Shown here piece by piece: positions 20,579 through 30,289 of a DNA stretch of 61,408 nucleotides. A model generated the notes under the pieces. That model worked only from the letters and a program-made list of their open reading frames with translations, did no database searches and was not told the DNA's origin. The DNA lies in NCBI GenBank assembly GCA_041497675.1, contig JBGQGY010000006.1:1-61408 (forward strand). Direction: 5' to 3'. The position numbers and the translations under genes are program-made. Positions within the stretch are counted from its first letter, which is position 1. Each line of letters begins with the position of its first letter. Source of the DNA: a bacterium (GTDB taxonomy: Bacteria > Sysuimicrobiota > Sysuimicrobiia > Sysuimicrobiales > Humicultoraceae).

Positions 20579-21556
20579 ATGAGGGCCATCATCCCAGTGG
20601 CCGGCGTGGGTCGCCGGCTGCGGCCGCACACGCACACGCAGCCGAAGGCGCTCATGCATGTCGCGGGACGCCCGATCCTTGGGCACATCCTGGATGAATT
20701 GGTTGCGGTCGGTATCGACGAGGTCGTGCTGATCGTTGGCCATTTAGGCGAGAAGATCGAAGAGTTCGTCCGGAGCCGGTACCGGTTTAAGGTCCACTTT
20801 GTCGAGCAGGCCGAGCCCCTGGGCAACGGACACGCCATCTATGTGGCGCGTCAGTACCTGGACGGTGACGGCGCGCTCATCATCATGGGTGACACGATCA
20901 TCAAGGCCGATCTGCCGCGGGTGCTTGCGCTCAACGAGTCGGCGATCGGGACCCACGAAGTGTCCGACCCGCGGCGCTTTGGCGTCGTTGAGGTGATCGA
21001 TGGACGTGTCCGGCGGCTCGTGGAGAAGCCCGAGGTGCCCGCCAGCAACCAGGCCATCGTCGGCGTGTACCTGATCCGCCACCCCGCGCTGCTGGGGCAG
21101 TGTTTGGAGCGCATGGTGCGGGAACAGCGGGTCGTCCGCGGCGAGTACTGGCTGGCCGACGCGTTGCAGATGATGGTCGATGCCGGAGAACGGATGCAGA
21201 CGTTTCAGATCAACGGGTGGTATGACTGCGGGACTCCAGAGGCACTCCTCGAGGCTAATCGCGAGCTGCTAACGTCGGAGCGCCCGATGCCCGACGGCCT
21301 GCTGGGGTCCGTCGTGTTGTCGCCGTCCTACGTCGATCCCTCCGCACAGATCGAGGGCTCGGTCATCGGGCCGTTTACCTCGATCGCGGAGGGCGCCCGG
21401 GTGACAAATTCGGTGGTGCGGGACAGCATCGTGAACGCCGGCGCCGCGTTGGAAGGCGTGTTGTTGGAGCATTCGATCATCGGCGAGCGGGCTATGGTCA
21501 GCGGCCGAGCGTCACGGATCAACCTTGGTGATTCCTCAGAGATCGAGCTCGGCTGA
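20579..21556 (+). CDS. Sugar-phosphate nucleotidyltransferase (glucose-1-P thymidylyltransferase, long form)
   Basis: PVAG.G.RLRPHT...PKAL, EKP, WYDCG, C-terminal left-handed beta-helix repeats. Confidence 0.88.
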   Translation: MRAIIPVAGVGRRLRPHTHTQPKALMHVAGRPILGHILDELVAVGIDEVVLIVGHLGEKIEEFVRSRYRFKVHFVEQAEPLGNGHAIYVARQYLDGDGALIIMGDTIIKADLPRVLALNESAIGTHEVSDPRRFGVVEVIDGRVRRLVEKPEVPASNQAIVGVYLIRHPALLGQCLERMVREQRVVRGEYWLADALQMMVDAGERMQTFQINGWYDCGTPEALLEANRELLTSERPMPDGLLGSVVLSPSYVDPSAQIEGSVIGPFTSIAEGARVTNSVVRDSIVNAGAALEGVLLEHSIIGERAMVSGRASRINLGDSSEIELG

Positions 21557-21576
21557 GCGGGGTAGGAGGCAGGGGA

Positions 21577-22581
21577 ATGGCACTTGCGTTGGTGACCGGC
21601 GGCGCCGGATTCATCGGGGCCCACCTGGTGCGAGGCCTGCTCGATCAAGGCCACCGGGTTCGGGTGCTCGATAATTTCTCCAGCGGGCGCCCGGCGAATC
21701 TCGAGTTCGTCCTGAAGCGAAAGCTGCGAGACCTTTCGCCGGGTCAGCGCCTCGAGGTTGACAGCGTCGAGATCCTCCACGGCGATATCTGCGACCTCGA
21801 GGCCTGCAAGCAGGCCTGCGAGGACGTTCAGACGGTGTACCACCAGGCCGCGATGCGGTCGGTCCCGCGATCGGTCGACGATCCCCGCGGCGCGAATGAG
21901 AACAACGTGAACGGCACGCTGAACATCCTGATTGCCGCTGCCGGCGCAAAAGCGCGGCGCGTCGTCAGCGCGTCGTCCTCTTCGGTGTACGGTGACGATC
22001 CATCGCTCCCCAAGCGGGAAGATCAGATGCCTGCCCCGATCTCGCCATACGCGGCGTCAAAGCTGGCTGGCGAGCACTACTGCCGCGTCTTCGCCCGCAC
22101 ATACGGCCTGTCGACGGTCTCGCTACGGTACTTCAACGTTTTTGGGCCGCTGCAGGATCCGGCATCGCAATATGCCGCCGTGATCCCACGGTTTATTATG
22201 TGGACGCTCCAGGGCCAGCCGTTGGAGATCCACGGTGACGGTCTGCAGTCGCGCGACTTCACGTACATTGACAATGTTGTCTCCGCGAACTTGCTGGCGG
22301 CCACCGCCCCCAATCTGCAGGGCGAAGCCTTCAACATCGCGTGCGGCGAACGCTTGACGCTGATGGACCTGGTGTCGACGATTGAGCGCATCACGGGCCA
22401 ACGCGCAGAACGCAACCACGTCGAGCCGCGCCGCGGCGATGTGCGGCACACCCTGGCCGATATCTCCCGGGCCGGCGTGTCCCTAGGATACAAACCCATC
22501 GTGAGCTTTGCTGAGGGGATGGAGCGCACGGTCGCCTACTTTGTCCCGGGAGTGGCGGGACGGTCGCCGGGCAGTCGATGA
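21577..22581 (+). CDS. UDP-(N-acetyl)glucosamine/glucose 4-epimerase (WbpP-like SDR)
   Basis: VTGGAGFIG, HQAA..SVPRS, ASSSSVYG, SPYAASK, RYFNVFGP.QDP.S.YAAVIP. Confidence 0.9.
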   Translation: MALALVTGGAGFIGAHLVRGLLDQGHRVRVLDNFSSGRPANLEFVLKRKLRDLSPGQRLEVDSVEILHGDICDLEACKQACEDVQTVYHQAAMRSVPRSVDDPRGANENNVNGTLNILIAAAGAKARRVVSASSSSVYGDDPSLPKREDQMPAPISPYAASKLAGEHYCRVFARTYGLSTVSLRYFNVFGPLQDPASQYAAVIPRFIMWTLQGQPLEIHGDGLQSRDFTYIDNVVSANLLAATAPNLQGEAFNIACGERLTLMDLVSTIERITGQRAERNHVEPRRGDVRHTLADISRAGVSLGYKPIVSFAEGMERTVAYFVPGVAGRSPGSR

Positions 22582-23879
22582 GCATTTGCGTCGTCGGCGG
22601 TCTCGGGTACGTCGGCCTCGTGACGAGCGCCTGCTTGGCCGAGCTGGGTCACCAGGTGGCGGTCTATGACGCCGATCTCGAGCGGCTGGCGGTCGTCGAG
22701 GCCGGCCGGCTGCCCTTTCACGAACCAGGGCTCAAGGACTTGCTTGATCGGCACGTGCCGGCGGGCCGCCTGCGGTTCACACGATCGTTGGCCGACGGCG
22801 TGCGTGACGCCCGAATCGTCTTCATCGCCGTCGCCACGCCGGCGCGCTCCGACGGCGAGACCGATCTCTCGCAGGTGATCGCCGCGTCCGAACAGCTGGC
22901 CCGCGTCCTGCGACCCGGGATGACCATTGTCGTCCGGAGCACCGTCCCGACGGGCACCCATCAGATCTTCAAGCGGATCCTCGATGCGCACGGGCACGTC
23001 GAGGGTCGCGATTACCACCTCGTGGCGCAACCCGAGTTCCTGCGCGAGGGGAACGCCGTCTACGACTTCCTCCATCCGACGCGCATCATCATCGGTGCGG
23101 CCAGCCCTGACGCCCGCCAGCACGTCCGTCGCTTGTTTGACGACCTGCATGCGCCGGTGCTGGAAACGACGTTCGAGCACGCCGTCTTGATCAAGTACGC
23201 GTCGAACGCGTTCCTGGCCATGCGGGTGTCGTTCGCCAACGAACTGGCCAACGTCTGCGATGCGGTCGGGGCCGATGTGCTCGAGGTGTTGCACGGCATG
23301 GGGTATGACGCGCGCATCGGACAGGCGTATCTGTCGCCCGGCATCGGTTTTGGCGGGCCGTGCCTGGAGAAAGACCTGCTCTCGCTGATTCGGTTTGCCG
23401 AGGGCGCCGGCTATGAGCCGAGTTTCCTACGGGCGATTCTCGAAAAAAACCATCACCAGATCCGGCAGGTGATCCGGCGCGTGGTGGATTCGCTGGACGC
23501 CAACCTGTACGGCCGGACGATCGCCGTCTTGGGGTTGGCGTTCAAGCCGGGGACCAGCGATGTTCGGAACTCGTTGGCGGTGCGGGTCATCGACCGGCTC
23601 CAGCGGCGGGGAGCGCTGATTCGCGCCCATGACCCCGCGGCAAGCGACGAAGCACGGCAGGTGCTGCGAGACGTGACGCTCCTGGACGATCCCTACCAGG
23701 CTGCGCAGGGAAGCCATCTAGTGCTGGTCCTGACGGGGTGGGAGGAGTTCAAGCGACTGGATCTGGCCCAGCTGCGTGCCGCCGTGGCCACGCCGCATCT
23801 CGTGGATGGCGTGAACGTGCTCGATCCCGCGGCGGCCAGGGCGGCGGGCTTCGTCTACTCAGGTATCGGGCGCCGCTGA
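22578..23879 (+). CDS. ugd: UDP-glucose/GDP-mannose 6-dehydrogenase
   Basis: GLGYVG, PEFLREG, KYASNAFLA, GFGGPCL.KD (catalytic Cys), GLAFKP.TSD.R.S. Confidence 0.92.
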   Translation: MSICVVGGLGYVGLVTSACLAELGHQVAVYDADLERLAVVEAGRLPFHEPGLKDLLDRHVPAGRLRFTRSLADGVRDARIVFIAVATPARSDGETDLSQVIAASEQLARVLRPGMTIVVRSTVPTGTHQIFKRILDAHGHVEGRDYHLVAQPEFLREGNAVYDFLHPTRIIIGAASPDARQHVRRLFDDLHAPVLETTFEHAVLIKYASNAFLAMRVSFANELANVCDAVGADVLEVLHGMGYDARIGQAYLSPGIGFGGPCLEKDLLSLIRFAEGAGYEPSFLRAILEKNHHQIRQVIRRVVDSLDANLYGRTIAVLGLAFKPGTSDVRNSLAVRVIDRLQRRGALIRAHDPAASDEARQVLRDVTLLDDPYQAAQGSHLVLVLTGWEEFKRLDLAQLRAAVATPHLVDGVNVLDPAAARAAGFVYSGIGRR

Positions 23880-23911
23880 CCCTCAGCCGTACACATCGTC
23901 GCGCGCAGGTA

Positions 23912-24436
23912 TCACGGATTCCTGGGCGCAGACGTGGTCCGCGCCTGCGCCGTGGCGAGGCGGCGGCGGATCTCGACTTCGACCGTCACCCCGCCGCCGG
24001 CTTCACGCGCGGTCATGACCCAGACACCGGTGGCGACGATGCGGGATTGACTGACCCGCACCCGGCCATCGTCACCCGTCGTGACCACGTGTCGCACGAC
24101 TTCGTGCCGGTCGACGACGTGTACGTAGAGGATCCACGCGGCCCCCGCCCCCTGGGTGGTCGCCGAAGTGATGGCAATGACCGGCTCCCCTTCCCCGACC
24201 GAGAACGATGGGTGGACCAGCACGCTTGGTGCCTGGCTGGCATTGCGGACATCGCGGGCGATAACGTCAACCAGCGTGGAGGCCTGGGTCTGGGCCTCAC
24301 GCAGGTCCTGGCCTCGACGCCAGGTGGACAGGCTCGCCACGAAGAGCGAACCGACGATCGCGACAACCAGACCCGCCAACGTCAACGCGATGGCGATCTC
24401 GACGAGGGTAAATCCTTGGGGCGTGCGACGCTTCAT
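23912..24436 (-). CDS. Prepilin-type N-terminal methylation protein (minor pilin/pseudopilin, PilW-like)
   Basis: MKRRTPQG|FTLVEIAIAL class III signal peptide with Glu5; ATG 24436 overlaps the upstream stop. Confidence 0.8.
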   Translation of the reverse strand: MKRRTPQGFTLVEIAIALTLAGLVVAIVGSLFVASLSTWRRGQDLREAQTQASTLVDVIARDVRNASQAPSVLVHPSFSVGEGEPVIAITSATTQGAGAAWILYVHVVDRHEVVRHVVTTGDDGRVRVSQSRIVATGVWVMTAREAGGGVTVEVEIRRRLATAQARTTSAPRNP

Positions 24437-24837
24437 CGCCCGACGAACTCGCAGGCCGCCGAGACGTGGCGCAGTGTGGTCAGCGTGACGGAGCGCGTGC
24501 GGCGCTCCTGGGACCAAGAGACGGTGGCGGTCAGTTCCCACAGGCTCCCCTGGCCGACGCGCCGGGCCGAGACCTCACGGTGGAAACGGGACAGGTCGCC
24601 GCCCGGATCGGCGGGCACCTGAGCCGTGAAGGAGGATCCGCAGGGGGAGGCGGCGAGCGTCGCGAGTGCCTCCTCCGCGATCCCGGTGGCGGTGTTCATG
24701 CGCCCCGCGAGCGACGCGGCGCGCAACCCGATGGCAAACGAGGCGAAGACAACCAACGCGACGATCGCCAGCAGCATCGTCGCGATCAGCACTTCTAAGA
24801 GGGTCATGCCGCTCTCGCGGCCCGCGTCTATTGACAT
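24433..24837 (-). CDS. Prepilin-type protein (minor pilin, PilV-like)
   Basis: MSIDAGRESG|MTLLEVLIA with Glu5, C-terminal 'TATVSW'; GAAGGAG RBS before ATG 24837. Confidence 0.8.
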   Translation of the reverse strand: MSIDAGRESGMTLLEVLIATMLLAIVALVVFASFAIGLRAASLAGRMNTATGIAEEALATLAASPCGSSFTAQVPADPGGDLSRFHREVSARRVGQGSLWELTATVSWSQERRTRSVTLTTLRHVSAACEFVGR

Positions 24838-24919
24838 CTCCTTCGCAGGTATTCGACCGGCACGCGTGTCCGGATTGCCGCGGTCCGTTAGGACCATTGT
24901 ACCGGACGGCCCCGGCGCC

Positions 24920-24949
24920 TTGACACCCTTCTTTCGGCCATATTAGACT
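24920..24949 (+). promoter_or_regulatory. Putative sigma70 promoter of rplM-rpsI
   Basis: TTGACA (24920-25), 18 nt, TAGACT (24944-49). Confidence 0.55.
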
Positions 24950-25013
24950 AGGCTGCGGTTCGCTCGCCGGGTGACCTCGCGTCCCCGGCGTTCTTGACGC
25001 CAGGAGAGGTTGC

Positions 25014-25442
25014 ATGAAGACATTCATCCCGACCCCTGCACAGATCGACCGGCGCTGGCACCTGATCGATGCCGACGGCCACGTGCTTGGCCGGCTGGCC
25101 TCGCGCGTCGCGACGCTACTGCGGGGGAAGCACAAAGCGATCTTCACGCCGCATCAGGACACCGGGGACTTTGTGGTCATCGTCAACGCCGCCGGCATCA
25201 GGCTCACCGGCCGGAAGTCACAACAGAAGAAGTACTACCGGCACTCAGGCTATCCCGGCGGTCTGAAAGAAACATCCTACGAAACGTTGATGCGCACGCA
25301 TCCCGAGCGCGTCATTACCGAAGCTGTGCGGGGGATGTTGCCAAAGACGCCGCAGGGACGGCAGCTCATCAAGAAGTTGAAGGTGTATCGCGGTCCAACA
25401 CACCGCCATCAGGCGCAGCAACCCGCGCCGCTGGCCTGGTAG
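25014..25442 (+). CDS. rplM: 50S ribosomal protein L13
   Basis: [48 protein letters not shown]. Confidence 0.98.
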   Translation: MKTFIPTPAQIDRRWHLIDADGHVLGRLASRVATLLRGKHKAIFTPHQDTGDFVVIVNAAGIRLTGRKSQQKKYYRHSGYPGGLKETSYETLMRTHPERVITEAVRGMLPKTPQGRQLIKKLKVYRGPTHRHQAQQPAPLAW

Positions 25443-25470
25443 CGCTGGCCGCGCGCGGGAGGGCTAGATC

Positions 25471-25866
25471 GTGGCACAACAAGTGATCGCGTTGACATCG
25501 GGCAGCCGCAAGGAAGCGGTGGCCCGCATCAAGCTGGTTTCCGGTTCCGGGACCATCACGGTCAACGGGAAGCCGGTCGAGGCGTACTTCCCAACCGCGC
25601 CGATCCTGGCGGTGGTGCGCCAGCCATTGATCGCGACGGCGACCGAGGGCCGGTTCGACATCGTCGTCACCGTGGCCGGTGGAGGTATTGTTGGACAGGC
25701 CGGCGCGGTCCGGCACGGCATCGCGCGCGCCCTGCTGGCGTCCGACGCGGGCTTCCGCCCGACGCTCCGCCAGGGCGGCTTCCTGACGAGGGATCCCCGC
25801 GAGAAGGAGCGGAAGAAGTACGGGCACAAGCGCGCCAGGAAGGGATTCCAGTACAGCAAGCGCTAA
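25471..25866 (+). CDS. rpsI: 30S ribosomal protein S9
   Basis: GGG..GQAGAVRHGIARAL, LTRDPR.KERKKYG..RARK..QYSKR. Confidence 0.98.
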   Translation: MAQQVIALTSGSRKEAVARIKLVSGSGTITVNGKPVEAYFPTAPILAVVRQPLIATATEGRFDIVVTVAGGGIVGQAGAVRHGIARALLASDAGFRPTLRQGGFLTRDPREKERKKYGHKRARKGFQYSKR

Positions 25867-25930
25867 TCGGCTCGGCGCGAAGCATGTAGTATTATGCTGG
25901 CATGCGTTGTTCCGGCTCCAGGAGCGTTTG

Positions 25931-26857
25931 ATGACCCTTCGCGGCCGTGACTTTCTCTCGGTAGATGATCTGACGCCCGACGAACTCCACCTGCTGCTCG
26001 ACTTCGCACGCGATCTCAAAGGCCGGCTGCGCGCCGGCGATCGTCCCACGCTCCTTGCCGGCAAGACGCTCGCCATGGTCTTCGAAAAGCCCTCGCTGCG
26101 GACGCGGGTGTCGTTCGAGACCGCGATGTTTCAACTCGGCGGCAACGCGATCTATCTCGGTCCTCAGGACATCCAGTTGGGCGTGCGCGAGCCTGTGGCC
26201 GACGCCGCCCGCAACCTCGAACGGATGGTCGACGGGATCATGGCCCGGACGTTTGCCCATGCGACGATCACCGGGTTGGCCGAGGCCGCACGCTGCCCGG
26301 TCATCAATGGGTTGTCCGATGTCGAGCATCCGACCCAGGCGTTGGGCGACCTGCTGACCCTCATCGCGCGGCACCCGCGCCTCGAGGAACTCCGCGTCGC
26401 CTGGATCGGCGACGGGAACAACGTCTGTCATTCGTTGTTGCTGGGCGCCGTCAAGATGGGGATCAACGTCGCGATCGCGACGCCCCCGGGGTATGCGCCG
26501 GCCGAGCGGGTCCTCGTTCGGGCCCGCACCATCGCCGCCGCGACCGGCGCCGACGTCACGCTCACGACCGATCCCAAGCAGGCGGCGTCGGGGGCCGACG
26601 CCGTCTACACCGACGTGTGGGCCAGCATGGGGCAGGAAGCCGAGCGCGAGGAGCGCGCGCGCATATTCAGACCGTTCCAGGTGAACGCGGCCCTGCTCGC
26701 GCGGGCCAAGCCGACCGCGGTCGTGATGCACTGCCTGCCGGCGCACCGGGGCGAGGAGATCACCGACGACGTGCTGGACGGCCCGCACTCGATCGCGTAC
26801 GATCAGGCGGAAAACGCCCTGCACGCGAAGAAAGCGTTGCTGGCCATGTTGCTCTGA
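25931..26857 (+). CDS. argF: Ornithine carbamoyltransferase
   Basis: FEKPSLRTR, HPTQAL.D, WIGDGNNV, YTDVWASMGQE, HCLPAHRGEE; AGGAG RBS before ATG 25931. Confidence 0.95.
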   Translation: MTLRGRDFLSVDDLTPDELHLLLDFARDLKGRLRAGDRPTLLAGKTLAMVFEKPSLRTRVSFETAMFQLGGNAIYLGPQDIQLGVREPVADAARNLERMVDGIMARTFAHATITGLAEAARCPVINGLSDVEHPTQALGDLLTLIARHPRLEELRVAWIGDGNNVCHSLLLGAVKMGINVAIATPPGYAPAERVLVRARTIAAATGADVTLTTDPKQAASGADAVYTDVWASMGQEAEREERARIFRPFQVNAALLARAKPTAVVMHCLPAHRGEEITDDVLDGPHSIAYDQAENALHAKKALLAMLL

Positions 26858-26875
26858 GACCGGCCGGCTGGGACC

Positions 26876-27685
26876 ATGCCGCACATCCGGTTTGTCGATC
26901 TGATAGACATCGCGCTCGTCACCCTGTTGATCTTTCAGGTCTTGACGCTGGTCCGCGGCACGCGGGCCGTGCAGCTCGCCGGCGGTCTGGCGGTCCTGAG
27001 CGTCGTCTACGCGGCCAGCCGGATCTTCTCCCTCAACACGTTGCAATGGGTGTTGTCCTACCTGGTGGTCGTCATCCCCATTGCGCTGCTGGTGATCTTT
27101 CAGCCCGAACTGCGTCGCATGTTGGAGCAGCTGGGGCGCGGCGGCGTGTTTGCCACGGGTCTGGGCGCCGGGCTGGGCCGTGAGGAGACGATCCGCCTTG
27201 TCAACGATATCGCGCGGGCGTCGCGGGTACTGGCCAGCCGGAAGACCGGCGCGCTGATCGTGCTCGAACGGCGCACCGGTCTCAACGACGTGATCGAATC
27301 CGGCATCAAGATCGACGCGCTCGTGTCGGTGCAGCTCCTGATCACCACGTTCTTCCCCAACACGCCGCTCCACGATGGCGCGGTCGTGCTCCGTGGCAAC
27401 CGGCTCATGGCCGCCGGGTGTCTGCTGCCGCTGAGCGAGAGTCCACACCTCAGCCGCACCCTGGGGACCCGACACCGCGCCGCGCTCGGCATCACCGAAG
27501 CCACCGACGCCGTCGCGATAGTCGTCTCAGAAGAAACGTCGACGATCTCGGTCGCGCGAGAGGGCCAGCTGACGCGAGGACTCACTGAAGAAGAACTGAA
27601 GGTCATGCTGCTGGGTCTGATGACCCAACACCCTCAACGCGGCCCGGCGTTGTGGCCGTGGCGCCGCACGCAGCCGCAGGCATGA
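26876..27685 (+). CDS. cdaA: Membrane diadenylate cyclase CdaA/DacA
   Basis: Three N-terminal TMs, FQPELRR, DAC motifs HDGA and GTRHRAA, VSEET. Confidence 0.95.
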   Translation: MPHIRFVDLIDIALVTLLIFQVLTLVRGTRAVQLAGGLAVLSVVYAASRIFSLNTLQWVLSYLVVVIPIALLVIFQPELRRMLEQLGRGGVFATGLGAGLGREETIRLVNDIARASRVLASRKTGALIVLERRTGLNDVIESGIKIDALVSVQLLITTFFPNTPLHDGAVVLRGNRLMAAGCLLPLSESPHLSRTLGTRHRAALGITEATDAVAIVVSEETSTISVAREGQLTRGLTEEELKVMLLGLMTQHPQRGPALWPWRRTQPQA

Positions 27686-28077
27686 GGGCCCGGTTGGCCG
27701 GCAGTATCTCCGAAGGCGTCCGGTTGTTTCTGCTGTCGCTGGCGATCGCCGTGGCGTTGTGGTTTTTCGTCGGGCGAACCCCCAACCCTGAACCCGAGCG
27801 GATGGGCGTCGGGTCGGTCATCGTGCAGAACGTGGAAGTGGCCGTCCAGGGTTTGAGCAACGGCTGGGCGGCGACCGCGGATCCCCACGCGGTCGACGTC
27901 GAGCTCGGTGGGCCGGCCACACTCGCACTGCGGCCCGCCGATGTGCGCGCGTTCGCCGACGTGACGCGGCTCCAGCCCGGCACGCACGACGTGCTCCTGC
28001 GGGTGCAGATCCCGCTCGGCGTCACGAGCGTGAAGATCACGCCGCCGGCCGTCAAGGTCAAGATCACCGCGCCCTGA
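27682..28077 (+). CDS. cdaR: CdaR/YbbR-like regulator (single domain)
   Basis: N-terminal TM (LSLAIAVALWFFV), one YbbR-like domain (V.V.L.G, AFADV..L.PG.H...V..P.GV); ATGA-coupled to cdaA and upstream of glmM. Confidence 0.8.
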   Translation: MRARLAGSISEGVRLFLLSLAIAVALWFFVGRTPNPEPERMGVGSVIVQNVEVAVQGLSNGWAATADPHAVDVELGGPATLALRPADVRAFADVTRLQPGTHDVLLRVQIPLGVTSVKITPPAVKVKITAP

Positions 28078-28090
28078 TCGTGAGAGTTTA

Positions 28091-29428
28091 GTGGGACGCC
28101 TGTTCGGCACCGACGGCATCCGGGGGATCGCCAACCTCGATCTGGCCCCTGAGCTGGCGTTTCAGGTCGGCCGCGCGGCCGGCGTGATTCTGGGCGCCGG
28201 TGGGGCGCCGTTTTTCGTGGGCCGCGATACCCGCGTCTCCGGCCCAATGCTCGAGGCGGCCCTGGCCTCGGGCCTATGCTCGGTTGGCGTCAACGTCGAT
28301 CTCGGCGGCATTCTGCCGACACCGGGCGTTGCGTTCTTGACGCGCCTACGCGGCGCGGCATGCGGCATCGTCATTTCCGCGTCGCACAACCCGGTCGAGG
28401 ACAACGGGATCAAGTTCTTCGCCGCCGACGGCTTCAAACTCCCCGACGACGTCGAAGCACGCATTGAAACCCTCGTCGAACGCCGCGATCTGGCCCGGCC
28501 GGCCGGCGCGGCCGTGGGGACGATTCGTCCAGTCCCACGTCCGGACGAGCCGTATCTCGACCACGTGGCCGCCCTATCCGACGGCTCGCTGGCGGGGATG
28601 CGCGTTGTCGTCGACTGCGCCTTTGGCGCGGCCGTCTACGCGGCGCCGCGTCTGTGGGAGCGGTTGGGCGCGGGCGTGATCCCGCTGCACGCCGAGCCCG
28701 ACGGCACGCGTATCAACGTCAACTGCGGATCAACGCACCTAGCTCCATTGCAGGAAGCCGTTCGCGCGCACGCGGCCGACGTGGGGTTTGCGCACGACGG
28801 GGACGCCGATCGAGTGCTTGCCGTCGACGAGCGGGGCGACGTGGTGGACGGCGATGCGCTGATGGGCATCTGCGCGCTCGACCGGCAGCGCCGGGGGGCG
28901 TTGCCCGGCAATGTCGTCGTGGCCACGGTGATGAGCAATCTCGGTTTGGAGCAGGCGCTGGCCGCCGCATCGATCCGTCTGGAGCGCACCCGCGTGGGTG
29001 ATCGCTATGTCCTGGAACGCATGCGCGAGATCGACGCGACTGTTGGCGGCGAGCAGAGCGGGCACGTGATCTTCTTAGAACACGCTACGACGGGCGACGG
29101 TTTGGTGACGGCCGTGCAGGTCACCAATGTGATGCTCCGCAGCGGCCGCCGGCTCTCGGAGCTCCGCGCCGCGATTCCCCGGTTACCACAGGTGCTGCTC
29201 AACGTCCGCGTGCGCGAGCGGGACGGGGCGTCGGCGTCGCCTGAACTTGCCGCGGCCGTCTCGGCGGCCGCGGCGCGGCTCTCCAGTCGCGGCCGCATCC
29301 TGGTACGGCCGTCCGGTACCGAGCCGCTCATTCGGGTCATGGTCGAAGCCGAGCGCCAGGAGGAGGCGGAGGGCGTCGCGGCCGAGGTGGCCGATCTCAT
29401 CGCCCGGCGGTTTGGCGCCCCGGCGTGA
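28091..29428 (+). CDS. glmM: Phosphoglucosamine mutase
   Basis: LFGTDGIRG.AN, ISASHNP..DNGIKFF, HDGDADR, GGEQSGH, RPSGTEPLIRVMVE. Confidence 0.97.
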   Translation: MGRLFGTDGIRGIANLDLAPELAFQVGRAAGVILGAGGAPFFVGRDTRVSGPMLEAALASGLCSVGVNVDLGGILPTPGVAFLTRLRGAACGIVISASHNPVEDNGIKFFAADGFKLPDDVEARIETLVERRDLARPAGAAVGTIRPVPRPDEPYLDHVAALSDGSLAGMRVVVDCAFGAAVYAAPRLWERLGAGVIPLHAEPDGTRINVNCGSTHLAPLQEAVRAHAADVGFAHDGDADRVLAVDERGDVVDGDALMGICALDRQRRGALPGNVVVATVMSNLGLEQALAAASIRLERTRVGDRYVLERMREIDATVGGEQSGHVIFLEHATTGDGLVTAVQVTNVMLRSGRRLSELRAAIPRLPQVLLNVRVRERDGASASPELAAAVSAAAARLSSRGRILVRPSGTEPLIRVMVEAERQEEAEGVAAEVADLIARRFGAPA

Positions 29429-30201
29429 TGGCCGCCGCGCCGGCTCGCGCACTTGTGCGCCGCGAGTTGCTCGGGACGACCGTGCACGCCGTCGGCCTGG
29501 ACGACGCCCTGACCTGGATCCGCGACCGCATCACTTCCCGCACACCCGGGTACGTCGTGACCCTCAACGGCGCTCTGCTGGTGCAGGCCGCGCGTCACCC
29601 CGCGCTTCGTGCTGTGGTGAACGACGCGGCCCTGGTGGCCGCGGACGGGATGGGTGTGGTGCTGGCCGCGCGGATCCTTCGTGTGACGGGCATCCAACGT
29701 CTGGCCGGCATCGACCTAGCCGTCGCCGCATGCGCGCAGGCCGCGTCCGATGGACGCCGGATCTATCTGCTGGGCGCATCCCCCGGCATCGCCGATGCCG
29801 CGGCGGGAGTCCTGCGGGCCCGCTTCCCCGGCATCCAGATCACCGGCACTCATCACGGCTTCTTTGCGGCAGACGAAGACGCTGCGGTGATCGACTCGAT
29901 CCGTCAGGCGCGTCCCGACCTGCTGCTGGTGGCCTTGGGCGCCCCGCGGCAGGAGCAGTGGATGCACCAGTGGATCGCGGCCCTGGGCGTCCCGGTGGCG
30001 GTCGGCGTGGGCGGGTCGCTTGACGTACTGGCGGGTCGGGTACGTCGCGCACCAAAGTGGATCCAGCGGGTCGGTCTGGAGTGGCTGTTCCGGGCGCTGC
30101 TCGAACCGCGGCGTTGGAGCGTGATCCGGACAATCCCGCCCCTGTTCCTCCTGGCGCTGCGCGAGCGCGTGCGCCGCGGCGCCGGGCGCCACGGCGCCTA
30201 G
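29425..30201 (+). CDS. WecB/TagA/CpsF-family glycosyltransferase (GT26)
   Basis: ADG.GVV.A, LLVALGAPRQE.W, GVGGSLDV.AG...RAP.W....LEWL.R. Confidence 0.93.
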   Translation: MMAAAPARALVRRELLGTTVHAVGLDDALTWIRDRITSRTPGYVVTLNGALLVQAARHPALRAVVNDAALVAADGMGVVLAARILRVTGIQRLAGIDLAVAACAQAASDGRRIYLLGASPGIADAAAGVLRARFPGIQITGTHHGFFAADEDAAVIDSIRQARPDLLLVALGAPRQEQWMHQWIAALGVPVAVGVGGSLDVLAGRVRRAPKWIQRVGLEWLFRALLEPRRWSVIRTIPPLFLLALRERVRRGAGRHGA

Positions 30202-30289
30202 CGGCGGGCGTGACAAACGGGCCGCCGCGTCAGATACTATCTACAAGGCCACACGACGGAGAGGGGAGGTGCGCCGGTACGTGGGACGT

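Noticed and set aside
25892-27475. 527-aa minus-strand ORF (likewise 12839-14440, 36875-38545, 47686-48993 and others)
   Set aside because: Antisense shadows of well-conserved genes with no recognisable domains.
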